DNA of 64,000 nt from Bacteroidaceae bacterium (GCA_024398495.1 JAKSJA010000001.1:25897-89896); one strand, 5' to 3'. Counted from the first letter of the stretch, positions 19,514 through 29,480 are shown. Program-made: numbers and translations. Notes: generated by a model from the letters alone, not told the origin.

Positions 19514-20437
19514 TTAATAATTTCTATATTTGTTTTTACTTTCAACAATTGGTGGAATATTGATAATCCCTTTGGACTTAAGTATCAATTCTATCGATTT
19601 TTTTGCAGAATTAAAACAAGCACAAGGACCAATTATTATTCTATTAATGGCAATAAATGGTATTTTTGTCTCCTTGTATGGTATAATGTTTCCATTTTTA
19701 CTTGTCCTAAACTTAATTTCATTGGTTAATTGACATAACTCCGAATACCGAATCTCTTTTTCGAATTCGTAGTCTCCTTTTTTTAAATAAGGTGCTGTTA
19801 TCAAAATGTATGATACGAGATGTTGTAACATCAACTGAAACTTTTCATTGGCATCCATTTCCTTATTTTTGATATTTGCAAGATAAAGGCCATAATCAGT
19901 TCTAAGCATATCATATGGAGAGTACTTGTTGCTATCCAATTCCTCGTTATAGCATACGTCATACAGAGAACAAACACCTTTAATAGCACCATAAGAAAAA
20001 ACCAAGCATACACCAGAAGCATCGTTTCCATACAATCGGAACATAGCAAGGTTGTCTATAACTCTTGAAAAAGATATTATATATGGAATATTATCTTGAC
20101 ACTGAAGTGATTCCAGTAGTAGTTTATTATAATGTGAATATTTTTTTGCCACTTTTGCAATACTCCAAATACGAGACAATTTTTCTTGATTGTCAACATT
20201 TAACTCTGCCTCTATTTTAGGAAGCCATTTGCGTAAAACAGAGTATCCATACAATAATTCCTCAGGATCATTTAAGGAAAAAATATTCGACGCCCACATG
20301 TTAAGAGTATATTCCCCTTTTATTGCTTCAATTCCATTTAATATACCATACAACCCTTCCATAGTTGTGTAATGAGCAACCATGGTGTTTTTTTCTTGTT
20401 TTTTGATTATAGCTTTTAACTCTGCATCGGAAAGCAT
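19514..20437 (-). CDS. DUF2971 family protein
   Basis: AHYTT, LNDPEE, YIISFS, DNLAMFRLYG...GVCLVF, KKGDYEFEKEIRY, IIIGP. Likely start MLSDAE at 20437. Confidence 0.75.
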   Translation of the reverse strand: MLSDAELKAIIKKQEKNTMVAHYTTMEGLYGILNGIEAIKGEYTLNMWASNIFSLNDPEELLYGYSVLRKWLPKIEAELNVDNQEKLSRIWSIAKVAKKYSHYNKLLLESLQCQDNIPYIISFSRVIDNLAMFRLYGNDASGVCLVFSYGAIKGVCSLYDVCYNEELDSNKYSPYDMLRTDYGLYLANIKNKEMDANEKFQLMLQHLVSYILITAPYLKKGDYEFEKEIRYSELCQLTNEIKFRTSKNGNIIPYKETKIPFIAINRIIIGPCACFNSAKKSIELILKSKGIINIPPIVESKNKYRNY

Positions 20438-20438
20438 C

Positions 20439-21938
20439 TTATTTTCTATATTTCTTCCCATTAACTATATAAATTCCTTTTGTGAGCTTATTTTTAATAA
20501 ATGAGTTATATTCTTCTTTTGAGAATACTCCTATACAAATTCCACTAATGGTATGAATAACATATTTACTATTATCTACCATAATACTTTCAACACCACT
20601 TGGATCTATCACATTGACATCTTTCGCGACAGAAGTGGCCTCATAATAGTTATCTCCAGCTTGTGTTGCTGTGATTTTTGCCATACCAGAATTTACTGGA
20701 TTTAGATATACGGCATTACCCATGTCAAAAATGCAGGCTACATTTTCATCCGATGACGAGAAAACTATTGGCAATCCTGAAGAAGACGTAGCAAGTAGTT
20801 CTACCAACTCACCACCACTCATTATAGAAGATAGGTCTTGATTCCAATCTATTGTCTGTGGATGCTTTTTTACTGTTACATTACATGTTGCAGTTTTATT
20901 TGAACCATCAGTAGTTTTTGCTGTTACGATGCATGTACCAGATGACAAAGCAGAAACAAACCCATTAGAAACAGAAACCACAGAATTATCTGAACTAGAC
21001 CACTCAATGTTTTTATTTGTTGCATTATCTGGAGAAATAGACGCTATCAGTGTCATGCTATCGCCAATAAACAATTCTGAAGAAGTTTTATTTAAAGATA
21101 TTGATGTTGCTAATATAGGTGCATCTTTTTCAATAATGGCCTCAAATTCCTTCCAGCCTATAGCGGAGGAATATAAGGATTTTGTTCCGTGAGGAACAGT
21201 TAGTGTCCTCTTTGTAAGAGTAATACCACTAAAAACATTTGAAGATATACTCAAAGGGGAATCCCAATCAACCACCACAAAATTTAGCCTTTTACAATCA
21301 TAGAATGCATAACTTCCAATACTCGTTACGGAATTTGGAATATTTATTGATGTCAAGCTTGAACAATAAGAGAATGCAGAGTCACCAATACTCGTCACAG
21401 AATTTGGAATATTTATTGATGTTAAGCTTGAACAACCATAGAATGCCCAATCTCCAATATTCGTCACGGAATTTGGAATTTCTATTGACATCAAACCCGT
21501 ACAACCATTGAATGTATAATCTTCAATAATCGTTACGGAATTTGAAATTGTTACTGATGTCAAGCTTGAACAACCAGAGAATGCAGAAACACCAATACTC
21601 GTCACGGAATTTGGAATGTCTATTGATGTCAAGCTTGAACAACCAGAGAATGCTCTTTCTCCAATACTCGTCACGGAATTTAGAATTGTTATTGATATTA
21701 ACCCTGTACAATAATAGAATGCATAATTTCCAATATTCGTAACTGTATATTTTGCAGAATTATATTCTATTGTATTCGGTATGTTGATCGCTCCTGAAAC
21801 AGACTTGCTACAACTGACAACAGCTGCGGTTTTTGAGGTTGTGTCTAAAGAATAAGAAATACGGTCTATACTTATATCTACGCAATATGCACCTATAGCA
21901 TAGAAAACAATTATTATCGTTCCGAGTAATCTTTTCAT
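20439..21938 (-). CDS. BspA-type leucine-rich repeat (LRR_5) surface protein with Big_2 domain and T9SS tail
   Basis: Tandem 23-aa repeats IPNSVTSIGxxAFxGCSSLTSI; Big_2; KGIYIVNGKK. Confidence 0.9.
   Translation of the reverse strand: MKRLLGTIIIVFYAIGAYCVDISIDRISYSLDTTSKTAAVVSCSKSVSGAINIPNTIEYNSAKYTVTNIGNYAFYYCTGLISITILNSVTSIGERAFSGCSSLTSIDIPNSVTSIGVSAFSGCSSLTSVTISNSVTIIEDYTFNGCTGLMSIEIPNSVTNIGDWAFYGCSSLTSINIPNSVTSIGDSAFSYCSSLTSINIPNSVTSIGSYAFYDCKRLNFVVVDWDSPLSISSNVFSGITLTKRTLTVPHGTKSLYSSAIGWKEFEAIIEKDAPILATSISLNKTSSELFIGDSMTLIASISPDNATNKNIEWSSSDNSVVSVSNGFVSALSSGTCIVTAKTTDGSNKTATCNVTVKKHPQTIDWNQDLSSIMSGGELVELLATSSSGLPIVFSSSDENVACIFDMGNAVYLNPVNSGMAKITATQAGDNYYEATSVAKDVNVIDPSGVESIMVDNSKYVIHTISGICIGVFSKEEYNSFIKNKLTKGIYIVNGKKYRK
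20453..21120. repeat. Copy 2 of about 660-bp direct repeat
   Basis: Matches 18238-18905 at offset 2215. Confidence 0.85.
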
Positions 21939-21972
21939 TTATAAAGGTATTTTAATCTTATACTATCTTCCA

Positions 21973-23940
21973 TTATTCCAATTTAATAATAATCCCACTT
22001 GACTTTGCTTTTGCAGAGCTTGATGCCGATTGTGTGACTGGTATCGTCAGCGATTTTGAACCAGATGTGAGCCCTGTCATATTCAAAGTTATAGTTCCTG
22101 TTCTTTCTGTTCCTGTATCATTACGAGGTGCCATAACTGTAATGGCATCCCCAGATTTTATGTGGCCAAACCAACTGCCTGATTTACTTACTTCGTATGT
22201 CCCGTCTGTTTCCACATTCAGCACAATGCTTCCACCAAATGCTGTAAAATCAACAGAAGCCCTATCTGTCCTTATGTATTTCCCAGTTTGCTTAATGTTG
22301 ATAAGATAAGTGTGAACATTAGGAATTTCAACCTCAATGACGCCAGTTCGTTCTGCAGAAGAATTGTTTTCACTAACACCTATCGTTATATCCGCATTTC
22401 CACTGCCAGATGAAGGGGTTGCGGTAAGCCAGTCCAGTTTATCTTTTACCGAAACTGTCCAGTTTGTATTGGAAGCAATACTTACTGTCGTATATCCTGT
22501 TGACGAATTAAAATCAAAGGCTGACGACGACAACGTCAAGTATTTGCTTCCTTGATATACTTTTATGGTATATTGCTGCCCTGCAATTATTAGATGTATT
22601 GTCCCCTCTCTGTCAGATAACGTCATATTTTCTTGAGCATGAACCGTTAAAGATGCACCCCCAGTGCCAGATGTTTGATCAATAGTGAACCAATCTGCAT
22701 CTTTCGAAACCATCCAAGAGCCATCTGTTGAGAACGACAATACCTTGATACCTTCATTATATGTGAACGTAATCGTAGTGACATCAATGTCGATGTATTT
22801 AGCTGCTTGTGAAACATTGACTGTACGTCTTATAACATTGTCTGTTGTGGCTAATTCTATTTTATCCGACAAATGGGTAGTTGTATTGTTCTCCTTAACA
22901 TACACATTAATGGTGGAATTACCTGTTCCTGATGTAACATTTAATTCAATCCATTCCGGACATGAAGTTACTTCCCAGCTGTTATTCGAAGATATTTCAA
23001 ACGACTTTGTACCTTCGAAAGAATCAAAATCTATATTTGAATTTGAAATGTCAAATGTGATACCTCCCTGCACCACAGGAATCTCAACGCGATTGGTTCC
23101 GTCTATAGTAAGATAAACGAATCCGTTTCTTGAATTGGCGGATGCATTCTTTGGAACTTCTATGGAAAGCGACGACTTTCCTGCTGTACCTGATGTCTTT
23201 GACAACCCTATCCATTCAGAAGATACTGCTGTCCATGATGCTTCCGATTCCACTTCTATGGTGGCTGACGATGCTTCATACGAAAACTCTATAGATTCAG
23301 TTGTTGTAGTGATATTGGCAGCTCGTTGAACGACTGTAAGTATAGCACTAACTCCACTTGCTGCCAATGATACTTGTGTAGAACGTGCATTACCTGTGGT
23401 ATTCTCTTGTATGGAAAAATCAATACCACTGTCATCGAAGTTAACAATGGATAGCCAATCAACGTTTGATTGAGCCTTGTATTTTACATTGGTGATTAAG
23501 GTGATTCGTTGATTTTGAGATTTCCCATCTACAGTCAAAGATGTCTGCGACAATTGAATATATGGTGTGGCTTTTGCTTGTGTCAATGTAACGGCATAGG
23601 AACGGCTCCAATCAGGGACATCAGCAGAGATGTCTGCAACACATACTCTTGACGTGTCTGCAGAATTGTTTGGTTCCACAGAGAAGTCAACAGATTCGGA
23701 ATCTGTTCCAGACCATTTATTTACCGTTGCCCAAGAGGTTGGAATATTTATCTTCCATGGGGTATCATCTGCCTCAACAGTAAGTGAATGTGTAGAGGCA
23801 TTAGACATGAAATGAAGTGCGGTGGTCTTAACTTGCAGATAACGTCTATTAAACGATGGGGTTCTTGAAGTATTGTACTCACTTTCAGAACATCCTGTCA
23901 GAATAAATATAGGAATTATATATGCTAATATCTTTTTCAT
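21973..23940 (-). CDS. Multi-BACON-domain lipoprotein
   Basis: Lipobox ILTGC; about seven repeats of W...W...SG.G...V..N....R. Confidence 0.85.
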   Translation of the reverse strand: MKKILAYIIPIFILTGCSESEYNTSRTPSFNRRYLQVKTTALHFMSNASTHSLTVEADDTPWKINIPTSWATVNKWSGTDSESVDFSVEPNNSADTSRVCVADISADVPDWSRSYAVTLTQAKATPYIQLSQTSLTVDGKSQNQRITLITNVKYKAQSNVDWLSIVNFDDSGIDFSIQENTTGNARSTQVSLAASGVSAILTVVQRAANITTTTESIEFSYEASSATIEVESEASWTAVSSEWIGLSKTSGTAGKSSLSIEVPKNASANSRNGFVYLTIDGTNRVEIPVVQGGITFDISNSNIDFDSFEGTKSFEISSNNSWEVTSCPEWIELNVTSGTGNSTINVYVKENNTTTHLSDKIELATTDNVIRRTVNVSQAAKYIDIDVTTITFTYNEGIKVLSFSTDGSWMVSKDADWFTIDQTSGTGGASLTVHAQENMTLSDREGTIHLIIAGQQYTIKVYQGSKYLTLSSSAFDFNSSTGYTTVSIASNTNWTVSVKDKLDWLTATPSSGSGNADITIGVSENNSSAERTGVIEVEIPNVHTYLINIKQTGKYIRTDRASVDFTAFGGSIVLNVETDGTYEVSKSGSWFGHIKSGDAITVMAPRNDTGTERTGTITLNMTGLTSGSKSLTIPVTQSASSSAKAKSSGIIIKLE

Positions 23941-23951
23941 TTCTTCGCGAT

Positions 23952-26030
23952 TTAGAAAAACAGACTTACACCCAACTTGACATTTGCTCCAGTAACAAAG
24001 CCTTTTATCTTATCAGAGACAGATTCCATATCTGTATAATAATTTCCTTTCTTTACGGCAAAGGTGTATTCGGGAGATAGATAAAATCCGAAATTATTGG
24101 TAATTGCACATTCAAACTTTGCAGATATTGATGAACTGACTGCATAAGTTTCGCTTGCATCAAAAGATGTGTCAAGGTTATAAGAATTCGAAGATGATAA
24201 TTGAACAATCTCAGTTCCTGCTTGTGGGGTGATGCGCATTCTTGTTCCAATTATTATTCCATATCCTAACTTTACCCCAATTGCCGATGCTCTATATGTA
24301 TAACCGCATGGCTTTGCATCAGACAACGCGGCATTCCAATATACCATTTCACTCTCATCCATTCCATACAGATATGACGCTTCCATATTACCGTTGGAAA
24401 TATACCCTCCGATTTGTCCTCCTGCAGCCATGAAAGATCCTATTTGAAAAGTGGGTTGTATATAAAATGAATTTGGAAATAAGTATTGACGATTGAGTTT
24501 TATTGATTTCGTTGGAGTGGAACTATCCAAGTGCACTCTTTGCGAATAATTTTTATATTTTCTCTTTTTTATCAAAATGTCATAATCTCCAGATGCCATG
24601 TCTGCGGAATATGGAGTAGTACCGACCTTATGATTATCTATATATAATATGGCATTTGACGGCTTGCTGTCTATCGTCATGTGAGCCATGTCGCTTAGAG
24701 TTATATCCAAATCTAAAGTTTCGTTTTCTTTGATAACAACATCATGGTCCTCAGTCTTGTGATTTGCAAGTTTTAGCTGTACTTTGTGGCTACCAATGAG
24801 AACGTCCTGCAGCAATGAAGGTGTCGTCCCCTTAGTTTCGCCATCAATAGAGATTGTTGCACCCGAAGGTCTCGAACTTATATAAACACTTCCTGTTATT
24901 GGTATCGGTGATGGAATGACAAACGTTTCTGATACATCAGGTTTGATGGTTATCATTCTGCTTGACTCTCGATGATTCACTTTCCTACATATAATTGTGT
25001 ATTCCCCAGTTTTCAAAGGACCTGTCCAACTTCCTGTCCCTTTGAATTGTCCATCAATCAATATCTCCGCATTGCCATCAACACTAATCGTTGTCTGTGC
25101 AAAATCAGACTCAAGGCGTGGGCTGATTTTGGTGATATCTCCCTGAGTTATTATGAACGTTGAATAGAATGGTTTATAAAGGTCTCCATTCTTGATGGTA
25201 ATCTGATGATTTCCACATTTCCATCTGGTACTCGTGTCGGAATACGGAACTGTACCAATCTTTACGTCGTCAACATATATCTCAGCTCCAGTCGCTCCAT
25301 TGTTTCCATCTACTTCAAGAAAACCAAAATTTGGCTTAAGAATAACATCCTCAACGTGTTTGGTGCGAGAATCGGACAGTTTAATACGTCCACTTGATTT
25401 CAAATAATCTGAAGCTACTACTTTATAATCATACACACCAAAGTCCAACATTCTATCAATAGTACCAGCACCATCCACTGCTCCCCATAGTTCATATTCT
25501 CCCTTGTCCTCCTTCTTTACCTTGACAACAGCTTTTTCATTTGCTGGAGAAACCTTAAATTGCAGGATCTGTTTCTTTACATCTCTTTTAATGTTCGTTA
25601 CTATATTATCCAGCGTCAACAACATAACATAAGTTTTGCCGGGTTGAATCGTAGTGTTCAAATCATACTTTTCGATAGTTTTATAGTCGGGATGCCTTAT
25701 TGTAACCGTCTTTGCATTTCTCTGGACATACACCCAAAGTTCATCACCATGCGGTTTAACTTCGCTGTTGAGAGTGCCAAAGTTAAAAGTAAAACCACTC
25801 AGATTAGCTTTTCCATCTTTATCTTTGATTTTGATGATCGCATATCTATCTCCATTTTTGTCTATTTTTTCATAACGTCTTTCTTGAGCAGTTGTTGAAA
25901 ATTGCTCCATTTCAAAACTGACGACATGACAATCAAGTTTTTCTTGTGCATCTTGTGCAGAAGAACACAATGCTGGCAACAAAAAAAGTATTATCAAAAC
26001 AACTATCTGTATATTTGTTATCTTTACCAT
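23952..26030 (-). CDS. PEGA-domain protein with probable C-terminal beta-barrel
   Basis: Signal peptide; repeated S.PSGA.I.IDG...G.TP PEGA motifs; ends in aromatic residues (VSLFF). Confidence 0.82.
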   Translation of the reverse strand: MVKITNIQIVVLIILFLLPALCSSAQDAQEKLDCHVVSFEMEQFSTTAQERRYEKIDKNGDRYAIIKIKDKDGKANLSGFTFNFGTLNSEVKPHGDELWVYVQRNAKTVTIRHPDYKTIEKYDLNTTIQPGKTYVMLLTLDNIVTNIKRDVKKQILQFKVSPANEKAVVKVKKEDKGEYELWGAVDGAGTIDRMLDFGVYDYKVVASDYLKSSGRIKLSDSRTKHVEDVILKPNFGFLEVDGNNGATGAEIYVDDVKIGTVPYSDTSTRWKCGNHQITIKNGDLYKPFYSTFIITQGDITKISPRLESDFAQTTISVDGNAEILIDGQFKGTGSWTGPLKTGEYTIICRKVNHRESSRMITIKPDVSETFVIPSPIPITGSVYISSRPSGATISIDGETKGTTPSLLQDVLIGSHKVQLKLANHKTEDHDVVIKENETLDLDITLSDMAHMTIDSKPSNAILYIDNHKVGTTPYSADMASGDYDILIKKRKYKNYSQRVHLDSSTPTKSIKLNRQYLFPNSFYIQPTFQIGSFMAAGGQIGGYISNGNMEASYLYGMDESEMVYWNAALSDAKPCGYTYRASAIGVKLGYGIIIGTRMRITPQAGTEIVQLSSSNSYNLDTSFDASETYAVSSSISAKFECAITNNFGFYLSPEYTFAVKKGNYYTDMESVSDKIKGFVTGANVKLGVSLFF

Positions 26031-26155
26031 ACTATGTTAATGCGTATTTATTAGAATAGTGACCCATAAAAATGATTTAATTTATAACATGTTGTTTTCT
26101 ATAATCTTAATTATTGTTTTAGTCTGTCTTATGTCAAAAGACATAACACTTTCTA

Positions 26156-26163
26156 CAAAAGTA
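26156..26163 (-). promoter_or_regulatory. Bacteroidetes sigma-A -7 element (TACTTTTG) upstream of island operon
   Basis: Reverse complement of caaaagta matches TAnnTTTG, about 125 nt upstream of the PEGA start. Confidence 0.5.
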
Positions 26164-26203
26164 CAAATTATTTCCAATAAACAAAAAAATCTTAGAAAAA
26201 TTA

Positions 26204-26597
26204 AATTTTCTCAAAAGCCTCAAGTCGTCACCAAATGAGGATATGTAGCTGAAATACTGACTGTTACGAAGTGACGAGTTGGTGCTAAGTCGTCACTAAG
26301 TCATCACCAACCCGTCACCAACCCGTCACTCGCCATTCATGCTGACTGACTTGTCACAATGTAATATTCAGAGTTTTTATTCAGATGCTCGTTCTTGAAA
26401 TTATGCGATTTCAACACTGTTCCCAGTTGGATATTTAGACTTATTGCCTTTTAAAAAACTCTTAGATTTTCTCTCCAATCGGTGACGGGTTAGTGACGAG
26501 TTAGTGATAGGTTGATTATAATCTGTCACCTTTTAATTATCTTATATTCAGTATGTTAGCTCTAAAAAGTGACGAGTTGCCCTATTTTGAGAAAAAT
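26204..26597. mobile_element. Non-autonomous element with long imperfect inverted arms enclosing a gene-end remnant
   Basis: Left ttttctcaaaa..caagtcgtcac..tcactaagtcatcaccaacccgtcacc mirrors right ggtgacgggttagtgacgagttagtga..gtgacgagttg..ttttgagaaaa. Confidence 0.5.
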
Positions 26598-27008
26598 TAG
26601 GAAAGATTTTTCTGTCTCTCGCAGAGAAATCATCGTTTTGCTTTGCAAAATTTGTGTGGTCTCTTAAAAGCTAATCGTCAAACAAGTTTGCCATTGTCTT
26701 TTAATAGACTCCACGCACTGGCATTGCAGTGCCGATGATTTTACGCAGAGAGCAGAGGCGCACCTTTCAGGTGCTACGCAGAGTTTTTACTATGCCGAGT
26801 CATGACATCAGAAGACAAAGTCAATCTGCGATTGCTACGCAGAGGGCTCTCCTCTGTGAGGAGGGGAATTAGGGATTTAATCATTCGCAGAGAAAAAGTG
26901 GTATGTGCCAACTAATTATTTGCGATGAATTGGGTAATTCTTTACAATGTGTTGATGTGAGATTTGCATCATGTCGCCCTTAGGTATCGAAGACGTACAG
27001 CGTATATT

Positions 27009-27237
27009 AGTGTCGGGCAGGTTCAGTATAAGTGTCGAGCAGACTCAGTATAAGTGTTCCGTAGGGTCAAGCATCACAAAGAATGGTTCTATGCGTCACA
27101 AAGAAACGTTCTACGCGTCATAAAGAAATGCCTGAAACTTCATAAAGAAATTGCTGAAACTTCATAAAGAATTGGTCGAAACTTCATAAACATTTCACCG
27201 AAACTTCGTGAAGATTTTCGATTTCTTTATGAAGTTT
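27009..27237. repeat. 22-bp-period tandem array with terminal inverted copy
   Basis: Units at 27009/27031/27053 (agtgtcg.gcag..tcagtata) and 27074-27206 every 22 nt (tcataaagaa.....gaaact); inverted ttctttatgaagttt at 27223-27237. Confidence 0.8.
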
Positions 27238-29324
27238 TATCTTTCCACGATTCCTGCCCAGCCTCCTCCGGGGGCGAGGTGAATGGTTGTCTGAGGGGTC
27301 TGAGGGGTCTGAGAGGTCTGAGGGGTCTGAGAGGTCTGAGGGGTCTGAGAGGTCTGTGAGTTTTCGACTTTTAGACTCTTAGACTCTTTGACTTTTAGAC
27401 TTTCAGACTTAACAAAGTCTTCTGCAACCTTGTCGGCATTCAAACCATCTGAGAATGTTGTGATGGAATAAGTTCCAGTAATGCCGATTTTGTTGAGGTC
27501 GATGACGATGTCTCTTTCTTCCCAGTTGTTGAGTGCTCCAATGAACCATTTGGTCCCCTTACGGTGTGCGATGACGACATATTCGCCGATTTCACCGTCA
27601 AGGAATACGGTGTTGTCCCATGTGGTAGGTATCTGCGAGATGAACTTCGTGGTCTCGTCTTCTTTGATATACGCTGATGGCGAGTCGGCAAGCATGTTGA
27701 GAGGTGCATCGAAGACGATATATTCTGCCACCTGATGAGCGCGAGTACCTTGACTCATAGGATTTTTCTTGTTGGGGTGGTACATGCCTTTCAAAGAGTT
27801 GCGCATTGCCCCCGGAGTATAGTCCATAGGTCCTGCTACCATGCGTGTATATGGCAGGATGACGTCGTGTGTCACCATGTCAACATCTTTTTTTGACCAT
27901 CTCATCTGTTCAAGTCCGAATACTGCTTCGTAGTTGAGTACATTAGGGTATGTGCGCTGTATGCCCCATGGCTTGGAACATCCATGGAAGTCAACGACGA
28001 GTTTATGTTCGGCACAGATACGTGCAAATTTCCACATGTCGTTTATCATCAGTTGATCATCGCGGTTGAAGAAGTCTATCTTAAATCCTTTTATGCCCAT
28101 TTCAGCATAATGTCTGACAGCCTTTTCGAGATTTCTTTCAAATGAAAGATACCCCGTCCACAACAGTACACCTATATTTTTGGTTTCTGCATAACGTATA
28201 ATTTCTTTGAGGTCCAGTTCCGGTGACAGTTGGAAGATGTCGGCACTCTGTGTATCAAACCATCCTTCGTCAATGAGGATGAAGTCAAGACCATATTGAG
28301 AGGCAAAGTCAATAAAATACTTATATGTATCGGTATTGAAACCTGCCTTGAAATCTACATTGAAGAGAGCCGAATTGTTCCACCAGTCCCATGTGGTTTT
28401 CCCCGATTTTATCCATGAAATCTCTTTTATCTGACATTCTTTTGCCAAACGGAAAACCATGTCTGTTTCAATGAGTCCACCTGCATTGTCTGTGACAATC
28501 ATTGTACGCCAAGGAAAAGTGCGCTCGCCCTCTGTTGCTGCAATATAATCTGCTCTGTCTTTGACGAGTTTTTCTATATTTCCATGTCCTCCCTCTTCAA
28601 TCTGTGTGGGATATGCGGCAAATACGCCATTCAACATAACGGCATTTTCTTTCCCATCCTGTTCGAGATACATGCCAGGATAGTCGCAGATGTCCGCTTC
28701 GGCAAAGCATAACTTCCGACCATTCTCCAAATCGAGGACGAGAGGAGTTATCATGAGTTTGTTTTTGTCGGCATTGCTGATTTTGGTGTGCAGGTATCTA
28801 CTTTGATGGTCTGTCCATAACTGTTCTTCTTTTGTACAGTCGGCTTTTTTCATCCTACTCGGTGCATATGGTATCCATGCCTCATAGTCGTGGCTTACGT
28901 TATACTGAGCCTTTTCGTCTATTACGATTATGTTACCATCGTGTTTTCCGATGAAACGGTATGCAAGGCCGTCATCATACATTCTGAATTCTATTTCAAA
29001 CTCAGCGAACTGCAACAACAGTTGATTGTATTTGTCGATAACAGAATTTTTCTTGTATAAGGGTGATTCGATAACGGTGTTTATGTGCCGTTTATATGAT
29101 TTGATGAGTCTTTCTCTCTTTCCCCATGTGTTGTCCTGCAGTTGCATGGCAATAGGGGAGTCGTTGATGATGTTTTTGCCGAAAATCTTCAGATTGAATG
29201 TGATTTCCTCATTTATCTTTACTTCGCTGACAAGTTTGTGGTCAGGTGAGGTGAGGGAGAATTGTTTTGCAGTGGCAAGCGATGCAACTGCAATGACGAT
29301 AGACAGGAGAAAGAGTTTCTTCAT
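27237..29324 (-). CDS. Glycoside hydrolase family 97 (retaining type, alpha-galactosidase/glucosidase-like)
   Basis: GKTTWDWW, ILIDEGW, GFKIDF (Asp nucleophile), DFHG, RTYPNVLNYEAV, GPMDYTPG. Repeat-derived insertion near the C-terminus. Confidence 0.92.
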   Translation of the reverse strand: MKKLFLLSIVIAVASLATAKQFSLTSPDHKLVSEVKINEEITFNLKIFGKNIINDSPIAMQLQDNTWGKRERLIKSYKRHINTVIESPLYKKNSVIDKYNQLLLQFAEFEIEFRMYDDGLAYRFIGKHDGNIIVIDEKAQYNVSHDYEAWIPYAPSRMKKADCTKEEQLWTDHQSRYLHTKISNADKNKLMITPLVLDLENGRKLCFAEADICDYPGMYLEQDGKENAVMLNGVFAAYPTQIEEGGHGNIEKLVKDRADYIAATEGERTFPWRTMIVTDNAGGLIETDMVFRLAKECQIKEISWIKSGKTTWDWWNNSALFNVDFKAGFNTDTYKYFIDFASQYGLDFILIDEGWFDTQSADIFQLSPELDLKEIIRYAETKNIGVLLWTGYLSFERNLEKAVRHYAEMGIKGFKIDFFNRDDQLMINDMWKFARICAEHKLVVDFHGCSKPWGIQRTYPNVLNYEAVFGLEQMRWSKKDVDMVTHDVILPYTRMVAGPMDYTPGAMRNSLKGMYHPNKKNPMSQGTRAHQVAEYIVFDAPLNMLADSPSAYIKEDETTKFISQIPTTWDNTVFLDGEIGEYVVIAHRKGTKWFIGALNNWEERDIVIDLNKIGITGTYSITTFSDGLNADKVAEDFVKSESLKVKESKSLKVENSQTSQTPQTSQTPQTSQTPQTPQTTIHLAPGGGWAGIVER
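27289..27410. repeat. In-frame 9-mer (GAGGTCTGA) and 8-mer (TAGACTYT) tandem repeats inside GH97
   Basis: Encodes ESLKVKESKSLKVENSQTSQTPQTSQTPQTSQTPQTPQT; same units occur intergenically at 9001-9125, and the 8-mer at 35040-35070. Confidence 0.85.
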
Positions 29325-29332
29325 AATTTATT

Positions 29333-29460
29333 TGCGGTTATGTGGTTATACGGTTATGCGGTTATGCGGTTATATGGTTATGCGGTTATACGGTTATGCG
29401 GTTATACGGTTATGCGGTTATATGGTTATATGGTTATGCGGTTATGCGGTTTTACGGTTG
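29333..29460. repeat. 16 x 8-bp tandem repeat (T[GA][CT]GGTTA)
   Basis: Counted units tgcggtta/tacggtta/tatggtta filling the EEP-GH97 spacer. Confidence 0.9.
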
Positions 29461-29480
29461 ATCTTTGACCTCTCATATTA

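Noticed and set aside
21239-21742. Repetitive plus-strand ORFs / 69-bp DNA repeat
   Set aside because: Simply the antisense reading of the BspA 23-aa leucine-rich repeats.
27009-27237. Possible CRISPR array
   Set aside because: Period is only 22 bp with about 7 variable bases, the repeats drift, and no cas genes are present.
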